In this document: in pieces, positions 26,090-36,865 of the stretch | Numbering within the stretch: the first letter of the stretch is position 1 | Layout: every line of letters begins with the position of its first letter | Virus record (IMG/VR): IMGVR_UViG_3300009702_000014 | Coordinates: 126,445 to 190,444 of that record | DNA from: a virus | Lineage: Duplodnaviria; Heunggongvirae; Uroviricota; Caudoviricetes | Reading direction: 5' to 3' (one strand) | DNA length: 64,000 nt | Notes under the pieces: model-generated | What the model was told of the DNA's origin: nothing | Seen by the model: only the letters and a program-made list of their open reading frames with translations | Database searches by the model: none | Position numbers and translations under genes: made by a program

Positions 26090-27732
26090 ATATCCTTATA
26101 ATTTAAGAAGTATGGAGGGTATTTGGAATATAAAGTATCTACATTGGTATCAATAGCTTCCAGAAGTTTTGTATAGTTAGTGATGAGCCTCATGCGAATA
26201 GAAGGAAGGAACCTATTATCAAGAACACCTGTGGAGTATCTACGTTGACCCGGATATTTGTCGATGGCCGCCGGACTAGACGGATGGGTAGTAGAACGAG
26301 TGAGGTTGCTTATGTGAAGAAATGCGTAATCTATTGGTAATTTATCATTAGGGTTGAAGACCGTTGTAAATTTCAAATAAATACCTACATGTTCACCTGG
26401 ATTTAGGGCAGGTAGTTTAAGTTTTTGAGTACTTGAGAGAAAGGTTTGTCGTCTCAAATCAAACCCAATAGAAGAGCCATCTGCATTAAACTCGACTAAT
26501 TCTCGGGAGGGGCCAAGAAGTGTTCCAATTTTCACTTGTCCGAACATGGTACTTCTATTTTTCCCATTCAAATTATAATCGTTATATTCCTTCGAAGTCA
26601 ACGTTAGTCCATGAGCAATGAGGCCATCAAGTGTGCTAGTATTTTCTTGGAAGATAGTTTGTGGAGTGGCACTATTCTGTACCGTGAAGCTCTCACCCCC
26701 ATTAATCCAAAAATATATATTATCACTTGTATTGACGTTAATTTCACTGCTATTCTGAATATACAGAGAACTATAAAAGTCTCCTGAGAACATAGCATCC
26801 GTAGAGGGTATATAGTCGGGGGAAACTTTTCTTAGATTTGTTACAACCAAATCCCCCTGGGTAATCGTATGTGTGTCGGCTAACTCATAAAAAGACTGTA
26901 GTGGTGCGCCTTGGTCTTTAGAGATTGGCCCTCCATAAGCAGTTTGTGGCAAGTTAATGCACAAGGGGTAATCATTTTGGCTTATTATTTTAGACGTAAA
27001 GAAGTTTTCACTAGATATTATTTTAATAGTAGTTAGATTTACGGTGGGGTTAATATTAATAGGTGAAAATGCTTCTGCTGTAGCAATCTTGTTTACTGAT
27101 AGCTGAGGAGCCCCGATTAATGCAGTTGGGAAATAAACTTCTCCACCAGTAATAATTGTTGGATAAACACTAGCAACTCCTGGAGTAATAGAAATAGGAG
27201 ACCAAAGTTCAGAAGTTGGAATGGAAGTGGTAATTACAGCTTTACCAGTGATAAGGGGGTTGTATACAGATTCACCAGAAGGAATTTTTGTTGTAGTTAG
27301 GGTTTGCAGATACCCTATGGTAGGACTGTATACTCGGTAACTTTCAATAAATTGCCCAAGGTTTGTAACAACAAGCTGCTCATTAGGATGAAGATTTGCG
27401 GGGTAATATACATGTTCTGATGACGAAATTTCAGCAGTAGTTACAGAGGCGGTTCCAGGTGTTACAGAGGAATTGAAAAATGACTCGTTGCTAGGTATGA
27501 GATAAGTAACAACTTCTCCTTGGGCTATGTAAGCACTAAAGAAGTTCTCTTCTGATAGAATACTAGTAGTGGTGGTTACATTAGCAACACCAGAAGCCTC
27601 CGCCATCGGGAAAAAAGACTCCGCTGACGCAATCTCAGTTGTATATATCCCCTGAAATCCTGGGCCATTAACATAGGTTGCATAGAATGTTTCGGCCGAA
27701 GAAATTACAGAAGGGGTAACATTTATAGCCAT
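26086..27732 (-). CDS. Tail/baseplate protein with I-x-S-x-E-x-F repeats
   Basis: About ten degenerate repeats in the N-terminal half. Confidence 0.6.
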   Translation of the reverse strand: MAINVTPSVISSAETFYATYVNGPGFQGIYTTEIASAESFFPMAEASGVANVTTTTSILSEENFFSAYIAQGEVVTYLIPSNESFFNSSVTPGTASVTTAEISSSEHVYYPANLHPNEQLVVTNLGQFIESYRVYSPTIGYLQTLTTTKIPSGESVYNPLITGKAVITTSIPTSELWSPISITPGVASVYPTIITGGEVYFPTALIGAPQLSVNKIATAEAFSPININPTVNLTTIKIISSENFFTSKIISQNDYPLCINLPQTAYGGPISKDQGAPLQSFYELADTHTITQGDLVVTNLRKVSPDYIPSTDAMFSGDFYSSLYIQNSSEINVNTSDNIYFWINGGESFTVQNSATPQTIFQENTSTLDGLIAHGLTLTSKEYNDYNLNGKNRSTMFGQVKIGTLLGPSRELVEFNADGSSIGFDLRRQTFLSSTQKLKLPALNPGEHVGIYLKFTTVFNPNDKLPIDYAFLHISNLTRSTTHPSSPAAIDKYPGQRRYSTGVLDNRFLPSIRMRLITNYTKLLEAIDTNVDTLYSKYPPYFLNYKDI

Positions 27733-27747
27733 GATTACCCCTATAGA

Positions 27748-28191
27748 CTAAAGTTTGAAAACGTTACCAGAGCCAGCGTCCCACACGATAGTAATGTCGC
27801 CACCGTTTGTAGCAACAGGGAGATTAGTAGCAGTATCAATATAAGCAATAAGAGCATTATCCGCATCTGTAGCAGTCAAGTTATCACGGTAAACGACAAG
27901 CGCACTAGCGGTGGAACCAGCAGTTACAGCAGGAAAGGTAGTTGACCCAGAGACAGCAGTTCCATCGTTTAGGGCAGCCGTCCGTCCCGTCATTGCCACA
28001 TCAGCAATACGAGCCCCGGCAGGAACATCAGCCATCGAGGTATGATTTACGAGGTCCACAGTGTAAAGGCTTGTGTCAATCAAGACTGCATGGATAGTGT
28101 CAGATACCCAATCAATCTTTCCTACAAAAGCTCCAACTGTAACAGAGGTTAGGAAGGCTTGTCTTCCGTGGTCATAAAGTGCATTAGCCAT
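27748..28191 (-). CDS. Conserved phage tail structural protein
   Basis: MANALY...IDW.SDTI...LIAYIDT..LPV..NGGDITIVW. Confidence 0.65.
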   Translation of the reverse strand: MANALYDHGRQAFLTSVTVGAFVGKIDWVSDTIHAVLIDTSLYTVDLVNHTSMADVPAGARIADVAMTGRTAALNDGTAVSGSTTFPAVTAGSTASALVVYRDNLTATDADNALIAYIDTATNLPVATNGGDITIVWDAGSGNVFKL

Positions 28192-28204
28192 AATTTATGT
28201 CTCC

Positions 28205-30559
28205 TTAAACATATGTAATTCCAACTAGAACGGTACTTGTTGTACCTATGGTTATACTGTTGGCTCGGAAAATTTCAACAGGGCTCGCCGTATAGTCAGA
28301 GATTTGATTATACGGAATTGTTGTGGGGTTAATAGGGTAGGTAGTGGTTGTATCTTGTATCAAAGGCTCGCTGTATATGTAGGATAGAAAATAATAGAAA
28401 TCAGGCGTACTGGTAGATAGGTGTGTTGAATTAGCTACCGCATTAGGGTCATTGCCTGTCAACGTGCTGAAAAAAGCAGCCGCCGTAGGAAGCCCGTTTA
28501 CTACCAGCGCTTGATACAGATTGTACAAAACCACTGCATCATTATTATACATGACAGGAGTACTAAGAAGCAAAACTTCATAGCTGTTCGCATTCACAGC
28601 CGAATAGAGGATGCCTACTCCTGATGTGTCTGAGGTCGGCAATGTGGAAAGTTTATATGTAGCCCCGCCTGTAGTACTGGCATTGGAGCTAGTGGGTAGC
28701 ACAATAATTTTACCATTATCTGAACTGGTAAAGTTATTTGTGTCTGAAATTGTTACAACTTTTGTACCAGCCGCGCGTTCTAAAACGGCCTCATCGTAAT
28801 CAGCTTTATATAAAGAGTATGTAGTATTAGTCAATTCCTTGGAAAGAATCAAATTATACACGTTTAGAATACCGTTAATTGCTGTTATTTGTTGGAGCAC
28901 ATCCGAATATCTAATAGAATCCCCTGGTATCTTTGTTTTTAAGTAAGCTTCAATGGCGGATTGAATTGACTGAGTAGCGGCTGTTTGAGAAGCTGTGGAA
29001 TCTAGAGTGACATTCATGGTAGTATTTATCTTAAGTAGCGTCGGAGACTCCACAATTACGTTAGTGCCAGCAGCCTTCCAATCATCCTTTAGATATTTTT
29101 TAATTGCGGTTTGTAAATCTTTACTCAGTGTACCATTATCATCCGAAGCCAGAATGATTGCGGAGCCGCGTGGGGATAAATTAGGTGGCAGAGTTTTGGC
29201 AAATGTGACACCTGCAACCTCTAGAGTGCCTGCCTCCAAAGCTGTATTTGTTGCTTTGGCAAGGCTCGCCAAATAGGTACGAAGCGCTTGACGATACTCT
29301 GCGTCTGTGTCCGTATCAGAAGCCCCACTAATAATAGCAGAGTTAATAAGGCGATAATCAGCAGTCAGCACACTATCCGGGTCAAATATAAGCGCATTAT
29401 TAATCTGGTCAGCACGTTGTTGAACCACCAAACCATTAGCAATGAATCCACCTGTTCCCGTAGCGCCTGCAATCCATGTGCCTAGCGTGCTAATTACAGT
29501 ACTAGTCTGATTAGTAAATGTACCGTCATAATTATTTTTATATGTATCTCCTAGATAGGTGAATGAATCCAATGTTAAAGTAAGTAAATTACCACCAGAG
29601 GTTATAGTTAGGGTAGGAACTATATGAGATGTATTGTCAATAGGTTGCTTTAGGGTAATTGAAGATGTAGTAGCCTGAATATACTCGAACACGAGCCCAG
29701 CTTGCAATGTTGTTCCGGGGTAACTCAAGTTTCCCGACGGATACTCAGTGTACATTCCCACAATAGCATTTTCAGAAAGGTCATGACCAATTTCTATATA
29801 ACCACTATTAGAGAAATTATATGCGTTGACGACAGAGAAGCTGCTTGTGGAAGGCGTATACTTAGTAATATCTGTATAACGGCTATAAAAAGGAGCACCA
29901 GAAATAGGCTGAGAAGTTGAAAAGAAAATACTACCAGGATTGCTTGTATTCAGGACGCCTGATAGCCCTAGTGCTGGGTTTGGATAAGAAGAAATTCCCC
30001 CCTCAAATACCTCTACCTGGGTACCTGTAAGAACCGAAGCGACTGGTAATAGTAGGAACTGTACATTTCGGCCATCTAGGTTAATTGTTTGTAAAGTTGT
30101 ATTATAACTGCTAGTGTTTTTTGGTTGAATCAGTGCGTAAACGATTCCTGATTCGCCTTGAGTATTATAACCAATAAATTTGGTAGCATTTTGTAGCCCG
30201 GAAATAAAAACACCACTTGTATAATCATAGGTAGCATATGTAAGTTGGGCTTGTGTAGCCTCGGGGTTTGATATTGGGGAATCACTGTATACTACCACAT
30301 ATCCTACATTTCTTGTGGCTGGAGAGCGGGGTAGCTGGAAAGTTCCATAGATGAGCTTGTCTAGATATGCGCCTGTAGCTGTAGAAATATAAGCCTGCTG
30401 CACTACAGAATCAATTTCCGTATAAATATCCTCTAACGAGGCTGAAATAGAGTAGAAAATATCATTGATAACAGAGCCAACAGTAAAGTCAGTGATTTTA
30501 TTCTGTATGCTGGAGTAAAATGATATGATATTTGTCTTGATTTCGCTAAGGGTTTTCAT
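28205..30559 (-). CDS. Baseplate J-like wedge protein
   Basis: ITDFTVGSV, TATGAYLD, GASDTDTDAEYR, WKAAGTNV, IPGDSIRYS. Confidence 0.9.
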   Translation of the reverse strand: MKTLSEIKTNIISFYSSIQNKITDFTVGSVINDIFYSISASLEDIYTEIDSVVQQAYISTATGAYLDKLIYGTFQLPRSPATRNVGYVVVYSDSPISNPEATQAQLTYATYDYTSGVFISGLQNATKFIGYNTQGESGIVYALIQPKNTSSYNTTLQTINLDGRNVQFLLLPVASVLTGTQVEVFEGGISSYPNPALGLSGVLNTSNPGSIFFSTSQPISGAPFYSRYTDITKYTPSTSSFSVVNAYNFSNSGYIEIGHDLSENAIVGMYTEYPSGNLSYPGTTLQAGLVFEYIQATTSSITLKQPIDNTSHIVPTLTITSGGNLLTLTLDSFTYLGDTYKNNYDGTFTNQTSTVISTLGTWIAGATGTGGFIANGLVVQQRADQINNALIFDPDSVLTADYRLINSAIISGASDTDTDAEYRQALRTYLASLAKATNTALEAGTLEVAGVTFAKTLPPNLSPRGSAIILASDDNGTLSKDLQTAIKKYLKDDWKAAGTNVIVESPTLLKINTTMNVTLDSTASQTAATQSIQSAIEAYLKTKIPGDSIRYSDVLQQITAINGILNVYNLILSKELTNTTYSLYKADYDEAVLERAAGTKVVTISDTNNFTSSDNGKIIVLPTSSNASTTGGATYKLSTLPTSDTSGVGILYSAVNANSYEVLLLSTPVMYNNDAVVLYNLYQALVVNGLPTAAAFFSTLTGNDPNAVANSTHLSTSTPDFYYFLSYIYSEPLIQDTTTTYPINPTTIPYNQISDYTASPVEIFRANSITIGTTSTVLVGITYV

Positions 30560-31080
30560 TAAGAGACTCCAACGGTCAAGTTGATGCTGAGGGTGCTTTG
30601 ATTCACTCCTATAGGAAGTACCACTGTTGTAACGTCAATAATAGTGGGGTCTACCAGCTTTGTAATAACCTGAACAACCTTCTGGGTGCGATTATCCTTA
30701 TATAATTCGTCTGTAATGTCTTGCCTTAGATTGGTAAGGACTGTGGTAGAGGAAGTGTAGCTTTTACCAAGGTAATTCAACCACGGGACTCCAAATGTAG
30801 AATCAACCGGATGGGTTCCTCGGGATGTCATTAATCTGTGTGTTATAGCTTGAGCATAATTATACACACTACCAACCAATTTTAAGTCGCCTTGGGTGTT
30901 ATTCACAAACAAATCACCCTCTGCGAACATATACAAATCCACCCCGAATAAAGACGTTAACCGGGCATTTTCTGTAGCACTTCGTTGCTGTGCAGCCGGG
31001 TCGTCTATCACAGGTTGATTCTGTAGGGAGATATTTATATCCTTAACAAATATCTGCCCATGTGTGTCATTATATGCCAT
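30559..31080 (-). CDS. gp25-like baseplate/sheath-initiator protein
   Basis: GDLKLV...QAITHRLMTSRGTHP...FG...DNR. Confidence 0.8.
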   Translation of the reverse strand: MAYNDTHGQIFVKDINISLQNQPVIDDPAAQQRSATENARLTSLFGVDLYMFAEGDLFVNNTQGDLKLVGSVYNYAQAITHRLMTSRGTHPVDSTFGVPWLNYLGKSYTSSTTVLTNLRQDITDELYKDNRTQKVVQVITKLVDPTIIDVTTVVLPIGVNQSTLSINLTVGVS

Positions 31081-31086
31081 CGTCGT

Positions 31087-31115
31087 ATTCTACCACAGGT
31101 ACCGAGTTAGTTCAA
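31087..31115 (-). promoter_or_regulatory. sigma70-type promoter, leaderless
   Basis: TTGAAC-N17-TAGAAT-N6-ATG(31080), TG extension, no SD. Confidence 0.7.
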
Positions 31116-31411
31116 TTTATACTAACAAAGGACTGGGTGTTTGCTAAAATAGTATGAGAAGAGTCTAGAGAAGCGGCATCACCATTAACAATGACTTTTG
31201 TTCCATTAATTTTTACAAAAGACTGAGATGCCTTCATAGTGGCTCCCGAATGAGAGGCTAGCCCCTTCGTGTGGGTAGCGACCACATCGCCCTCTTGGAT
31301 AACTGCACTACCATTGATATAGACTGTGGTTTGCGTAGAGGTGACTCCAGGGGTGGAAGGAGTGAAACCAGCAGCTTGAACTTTATCTCCCTGTACTGCT
31401 ATAAGTGCCAT
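31112..31411 (-). CDS. PAAR-like spike tip protein
   Basis: 99 aa; VYINGSAVIQEGD...H...H...VKING..VIVNGD...H. Confidence 0.8.
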   Translation of the reverse strand: MALIAVQGDKVQAAGFTPSTPGVTSTQTTVYINGSAVIQEGDVVATHTKGLASHSGATMKASQSFVKINGTKVIVNGDAASLDSSHTILANTQSFVSIN

Positions 31412-33186
31412 TATACGTTATTCAGGTGAATTGCCGTACCTGTGATTGTCACAGTATCCGAGGGATTCCCTATGTTTACCCCACCAGTTTGTCCGTCTAC
31501 ACCTAGATTCAAAGCAATACCGGCAATTAGACGCGTTACATCAATAGAAGTGCTGTTTTGAGTTATAGTAGATACATCAGTTCCAGCTAGTGTAACTGTA
31601 GTAGTCTTACTCGGAAGACCGTTAGCTACCGTAGAGACTTCTGTTACTTTATTATTGTTGATGTCAGCTACAACGGCTGTTTCCGTTGAACTTGTGCCTG
31701 TAACTGTTTGTGTACGAGAGCTTGAATAGTTGCCGTATATTTGATGTATAGAGGCAACTGTCTGAGTACCATTGTTGTATAGGGAATATTCTTGCGGATT
31801 AGTGCCATCGGGGGTGTTTCTAAAATAAAGCCCGGCCCCGTTTCCCGAAGAAGCCAATGTATTCATACCAGACGAAAGGCGACTGCTCAAATCTGCAATA
31901 ACAGTAGCATCGCTAACCATGAGAAGTTCTTGGTTGGATACTCCGTCCTTTGTAAGGCCCGTTTTGGTACCAAAAGAGGTCTGAGCATCTCCAAATTGGC
32001 CCCCATTACGTATATATGTGAAAGTTCCATGCCCCGTTACGGCCCCCTGCTCCACAACTTGCTTATTTACTGTCCAAGAAACAACTCGCGGGGCATTTGG
32101 GTCTGCTTCTAGCAAAACACCCTGCCCCAAGTGGTCTCGGAGACGAATTTGGCCCTTATTCCCGTTGTGTACAATAGTAAATTGCTCATCATACTGAGAT
32201 TTTAGGGTGATTAGAAGCTGCTCTCCGTCTCCGTACTGGTCTTGAATCAAGAGTTTGTTATTTCCCCGCAAAGCAACCTGATACTCTTCCGCAGCGGGCA
32301 ACTCCCGCTCAAAATTAGCTTTATTTAGGTACTTTTTGTCCATAATAGGCTGGTAAGCGTTATAATGTTTATTTTTTAATACAATATCAGAGTATGTTGG
32401 TACCCAAGGGGAGGTATTCTCCACAATGTCATAATGATTAGCAGTAATTCTCTGTGTAATAGGCTCATATTGTAGTTCTGAATATGTATAAGCATGGTCA
32501 GTTTCACGGGCTTTAGGGACATTCAGAGGATTTGGATAAATACCTTTGTCTGATTCCAATGTTACTCCGTAGCCTATATCTTCTCCATTGCTGATAATGT
32601 AGTCTTTGTTATTTGATGAAGTAATATCAAAAACAGGGTCCCCACGCAGTACAAAATTACCCTGCGTAAGATTGCTACGGTAGAAATGACGCATTCTATA
32701 GCCAGTAATGGAGCGAATAAACTTGGTTCTAAAGTCCGCATCAGATACCGTTGAAGCAAATTGCCTATTATGGTCTCTATGGCTACGTAAATGTCCATAG
32801 TCGTTTTGCATAGAGCCCCATTGAGGTACTGGGTTTGGTCCGTAATCCTGACTCAATGGAGACGAATTATAAGTTGAATAGAGATAGACCGGAGCCTGTC
32901 CGCCTTGTCTACGAGTTTCCTCAATCCAAACTACATCCCCAATTTGAGGCATTTTGAAACTACCTAATACATCTTGAGTAACCAAGACATTCAAAGCAAT
33001 TCCTCCACCCTCTCTATTCAATTTAAAGCCACCAATATGAAGGTTTCTGCCTGTTTGAGGAGAAATGTCTTCGACAGTACCAACCTGTTGTTTATCATCA
33101 ATGGTACTAGCGTAGTCAACCCAAGCCACATAAAACTGAAATTTAGAGTTATATACGCTGTAGTCAGGATTATAGTCAATGGCCAT
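31411..33186 (-). CDS. Central spike (gp5/VgrG-like) protein
   Basis: N-terminal OB-like MPQIGDVVW; C-terminal beta-strand repeats; precedes the PAAR gene. Confidence 0.7.
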   Translation of the reverse strand: MAIDYNPDYSVYNSKFQFYVAWVDYASTIDDKQQVGTVEDISPQTGRNLHIGGFKLNREGGGIALNVLVTQDVLGSFKMPQIGDVVWIEETRRQGGQAPVYLYSTYNSSPLSQDYGPNPVPQWGSMQNDYGHLRSHRDHNRQFASTVSDADFRTKFIRSITGYRMRHFYRSNLTQGNFVLRGDPVFDITSSNNKDYIISNGEDIGYGVTLESDKGIYPNPLNVPKARETDHAYTYSELQYEPITQRITANHYDIVENTSPWVPTYSDIVLKNKHYNAYQPIMDKKYLNKANFERELPAAEEYQVALRGNNKLLIQDQYGDGEQLLITLKSQYDEQFTIVHNGNKGQIRLRDHLGQGVLLEADPNAPRVVSWTVNKQVVEQGAVTGHGTFTYIRNGGQFGDAQTSFGTKTGLTKDGVSNQELLMVSDATVIADLSSRLSSGMNTLASSGNGAGLYFRNTPDGTNPQEYSLYNNGTQTVASIHQIYGNYSSSRTQTVTGTSSTETAVVADINNNKVTEVSTVANGLPSKTTTVTLAGTDVSTITQNSTSIDVTRLIAGIALNLGVDGQTGGVNIGNPSDTVTITGTAIHLNNV

Positions 33187-36100
33187 TATTTCTTCATTGC
33201 TCCTATATAGAAGGCTTTCATTTGAGCTTCGACTTCGGATAGGCTGCTTGTCCCTGAAATACTATATTTGTTTGCAGCCTCAGTAATTAGCGACTCGTCA
33301 GTAACACCTACTTGCTTAGCTACCTTCATAGCTAAGGCACGAGAATCTGTAGCCCCACTATTATATGGACTTACACCAGCAGGAGGATGATAGGTAGCTT
33401 GTACTGTTTCACCGCCACCAGCATCAATTGGGGTTGTAATTTCATAATTATTGATACCTTCTCGTAACGCTAACTCATACATGTAATTGGATGTATTACG
33501 GAAAACTTGGGCATTATACATAAAAGATGCCTTTTTGAAATCCAAATCTTCTTTGTATTGATTTAAGAACATGTTTTGAATTGGAGAATACCTGGATGCT
33601 TCAGTAGTTTGAGAAAGTGCAGTAGTTCCAGACACATTGTTGGACGTATTTCCAGGCGGAGTAAACCATAGCTTATTTTGTGTAGGAGAGTCATATCCTA
33701 TTCTCATAGGCGAATGCAATGATAGAAAGCCAATGGGTAAATTACGTTTTGGCTCCAATAATACTAGCATATCCTGGCCAAAGTTTAATTCTAATGTAGT
33801 AGTCGCTTCGGAATCCTGTTGAAAATTATGAGAAACAGATTCGATATAATATTGAATCGCACGGAAATCCTGGAATTTCAGAGAATTAATAATACCTTCA
33901 TATGATTGAAATATATTAGAAGCTACCTTTTTAGCACTTTCATTATTTAGGACTACACCCTGCAAAAGATTCAAGTACAAGTCACGAATAGTAGCGTCAT
34001 CAATGTTTAGCTCATCCCAGGCAAAGAATTTACCAGTATCATGAGTATAAAACCAGTAGGTAGAAGGGAAAAATTCGGGGGTCAAGACATTTATTCCTGG
34101 TAATGTATTTTGCAAAAATTCAAAAGTTGCAATGAACTGGTCTAGTACGAAAGCGTATGGGTCACTATTATACGCTTCCTGTAAGTCTTTATCCGGGATT
34201 GGGTTGTAAGCTTGTGTTTGTGTATAGTAGTCTGTGTGCGTCAAACGCGGGTCGATACCAATATACGAAGGAATTAATTCTGTGTGATTTTTAAGATACT
34301 TAAACCAATTCAACATTTTAGGAATATCAATTAAACTTCTCGCCCTATGTTTAGTATTTTGAAGAGAGACTAAAACAGTTTCTCCAACCCTATACGATGT
34401 ATTATTTCTAATTTTTATAGAAGCGTGTTTAATTGGGCGGCCGTAATATTCTCGATAGATAATAGCCTTTCTTTGAGCACCACCAGTTTCACTGGTATAG
34501 ATGTCATCAATTTTTAGGCTGCGAAGGCCGTATCTAAACATTTCAGGGGCTATACTACTATCAGGTATTGTTTCCTCGACATTCATTGGTATTTTTCCTG
34601 GCTGTGGAACGCTACGACCAATAAAGGCCAATCCCATATAACCAAATACACTTTGTCCCAAAATCGGGGTCACATCAACCATAGTCTTAACTTGTTTGTC
34701 ACTGGTGCCGAATGTTGCACCGTTTCCGAGAACATCTATATCTTGAATAATAGGTGTATATTCAGGATGACTAATTCTACCCCAAGCCTCTAAAGAGAGG
34801 CGATAACGAAGTCGCCCCGTTTCATCCATGAATAATTCATAAAATTCAGCTACCCCTCCCACCTTTCGAAGGTTTGAATAAACTGAATTTCTCCCATCTA
34901 AAGTAACCGCAGTATTGATAGCTGCTTGTACCTCGGGTTTATCATAAGAACTATCTAGTACCCGAATCATTTCTTGGATTCTTGTCGTATCAATATAATT
35001 TACAGGGTTGAAGAGCCGAACATGACTATCCAACAAATTCTTATCAAAAGCACTATAAACAAAGTCTCCACGCAAAGGAATTAATCCTCCAAGAAATTTC
35101 TCGGACGTATTGAATTTTACTGAGCTATCCTTTGCCTGAATTGTAGTTTTGTTCAAAGGTCTTGCCAAAGACAAGAATCTATCAAAAGCGAGACCAGAGT
35201 ACGACGTAGCTTTTCCTAGAATAACTCGTTTAGAAGCCCACTCACTTATCATGGAGAGGATAGCGCGGGGCGGTGACATATAAACATATACGGTATTGTA
35301 GTCTGCTAGAGCAAGATTAATTTTACCAGGATACATTAAGTCTTCGAAATAAACTTCTGTTGTATTTAGAATCTTCTCATAGCCCGTTCCAGTAAGTGTA
35401 ACGAGATGTGTACCACTAACCGTACCAGTACTTACATTAACATCTGAAATTTGTCCTTTAAAAGCAAGATATGGCGTTTCTCCATGAGAACCATTAAGAA
35501 GCATTTTTCGGCCATTAGAAAAGTTTTGTTGAGTAACAGAAATCTCACGTCGCTTCTTATACTCTGAAATATAGGTATCAATTTGTTGATTCATGCCAAT
35601 AATAAAACTTCTTAAGGCACCAATAAAATCATTAGCCGAGTTTATATTGTTGATACCTATGTCCTTAAAAAGAGTCTGAATTTTACCTGAAAATTGAATT
35701 TTTGTAAGGTCTGTATATAAACCTGGAAGTTTATTACTAGTAGGTAATACATTAATTAGCTGCCTAATACTATCTCTTATATTATTAATTTGCTGGTTAT
35801 AACCCACCCCGCTAGTCGTTGTTGATTCTATGTAAAAACCTGTATGGTAACTAATAAGATTAGAGTAAATCTGGTCGGGATATAGGTTTGGAAAGGCCAT
35901 TTCCGTGAACTTTTTTACTTTAGCCGGAACATTTGTTTTATTAATTCCCGACTCTGCTTGAACAACAAAATCATTCAAGATATTATAGACATTCGATTTA
36001 TTAACTTTTGGTTTAGAAGTTGTCTTATTACCATTGATGGCATTCTGAATATCTTGTCCCACATACTGATTTACAAGCCCTACAATACCTAGAAGTGTTT

Positions 36101-36839
36101 CAGAAAAACTAGGACTGTTTGAAGAGAACTGATTCATGCGATTAGCTGAACCAACAACGCTTTTAATACCATCATCAAATTGAATTGTGTTTGGATTAAC
36201 TTGAATATTACCATCTTTAAAATAAAAATCTTTCGGGTCGTGATAAAGCCAAATCGTAATAGTATCATTAGCTTCTACCAAATCTTCTATATTAAATGAT
36301 GTAGACGCCCCAGTAATCCGATAGCGAGCTAGTCCCAAATCTTCATCTTTAACATAGTGCCATTCGGCAGGACCGCCGTCTAGTGGTTCTCGTAAGGTAG
36401 GTAAGCGTCCAGGTAGGCCAGATTCAGTCAGGTCCATACGATTCATTGGAAGGCCGGTAGCATCAATGAGTGCTTCGGTTTTTTTACTCGTAACCATCAT
36501 AAGGTCGTCTAGAGTAAAAGTGACCTGAAATGAATTTCCCTGTGTGCTAGCAGATGTTTTAACAGCAACAACATTCAGGGGGATAAGTTTATAGTATCCT
36601 TGAGTTCTATAGTAGTCACGCTCCTCGGTTACATCAGTATAATCTTTCAGTGTCGGAGAATAAGTACCACGAGAAGTAGATACTTTGGAATTAGAATTTA
36701 CAGTTTGTGCATCCATCCCCAACAGGCTAAGGTCATATTCATCCGCAGCTAATTCTCCTCCGGTTGGGTTTGGCCATACGCTCTCAATTGCTACAAGAGC
36801 GAAAGCTGTGTATTCTGGTGCATTGCCTTCATAGTTCAT
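33186..36839 (-). CDS. Baseplate hub protein
   Basis: 1217 aa; YELFMDETGRLRYR, MFRYGLR, SYRVGETV..YYIESVSHNF hub-type features. Confidence 0.65.
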   Translation of the reverse strand: MNYEGNAPEYTAFALVAIESVWPNPTGGELAADEYDLSLLGMDAQTVNSNSKVSTSRGTYSPTLKDYTDVTEERDYYRTQGYYKLIPLNVVAVKTSASTQGNSFQVTFTLDDLMMVTSKKTEALIDATGLPMNRMDLTESGLPGRLPTLREPLDGGPAEWHYVKDEDLGLARYRITGASTSFNIEDLVEANDTITIWLYHDPKDFYFKDGNIQVNPNTIQFDDGIKSVVGSANRMNQFSSNSPSFSETLLGIVGLVNQYVGQDIQNAINGNKTTSKPKVNKSNVYNILNDFVVQAESGINKTNVPAKVKKFTEMAFPNLYPDQIYSNLISYHTGFYIESTTTSGVGYNQQINNIRDSIRQLINVLPTSNKLPGLYTDLTKIQFSGKIQTLFKDIGINNINSANDFIGALRSFIIGMNQQIDTYISEYKKRREISVTQQNFSNGRKMLLNGSHGETPYLAFKGQISDVNVSTGTVSGTHLVTLTGTGYEKILNTTEVYFEDLMYPGKINLALADYNTVYVYMSPPRAILSMISEWASKRVILGKATSYSGLAFDRFLSLARPLNKTTIQAKDSSVKFNTSEKFLGGLIPLRGDFVYSAFDKNLLDSHVRLFNPVNYIDTTRIQEMIRVLDSSYDKPEVQAAINTAVTLDGRNSVYSNLRKVGGVAEFYELFMDETGRLRYRLSLEAWGRISHPEYTPIIQDIDVLGNGATFGTSDKQVKTMVDVTPILGQSVFGYMGLAFIGRSVPQPGKIPMNVEETIPDSSIAPEMFRYGLRSLKIDDIYTSETGGAQRKAIIYREYYGRPIKHASIKIRNNTSYRVGETVLVSLQNTKHRARSLIDIPKMLNWFKYLKNHTELIPSYIGIDPRLTHTDYYTQTQAYNPIPDKDLQEAYNSDPYAFVLDQFIATFEFLQNTLPGINVLTPEFFPSTYWFYTHDTGKFFAWDELNIDDATIRDLYLNLLQGVVLNNESAKKVASNIFQSYEGIINSLKFQDFRAIQYYIESVSHNFQQDSEATTTLELNFGQDMLVLLEPKRNLPIGFLSLHSPMRIGYDSPTQNKLWFTPPGNTSNNVSGTTALSQTTEASRYSPIQNMFLNQYKEDLDFKKASFMYNAQVFRNTSNYMYELALREGINNYEITTPIDAGGGETVQATYHPPAGVSPYNSGATDSRALAMKVAKQVGVTDESLITEAANKYSISGTSSLSEVEAQMKAFYIGAMKK

Positions 36840-36865
36840 AAAGTATCCTTATCTCTATAATATTT

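Noticed and set aside
22813-27732. Diversity-generating retroelement or invertible tail-fibre cassette
   Set aside because: No reverse transcriptase, recombinase, TR/VR pair or inverted crossover sites were seen.
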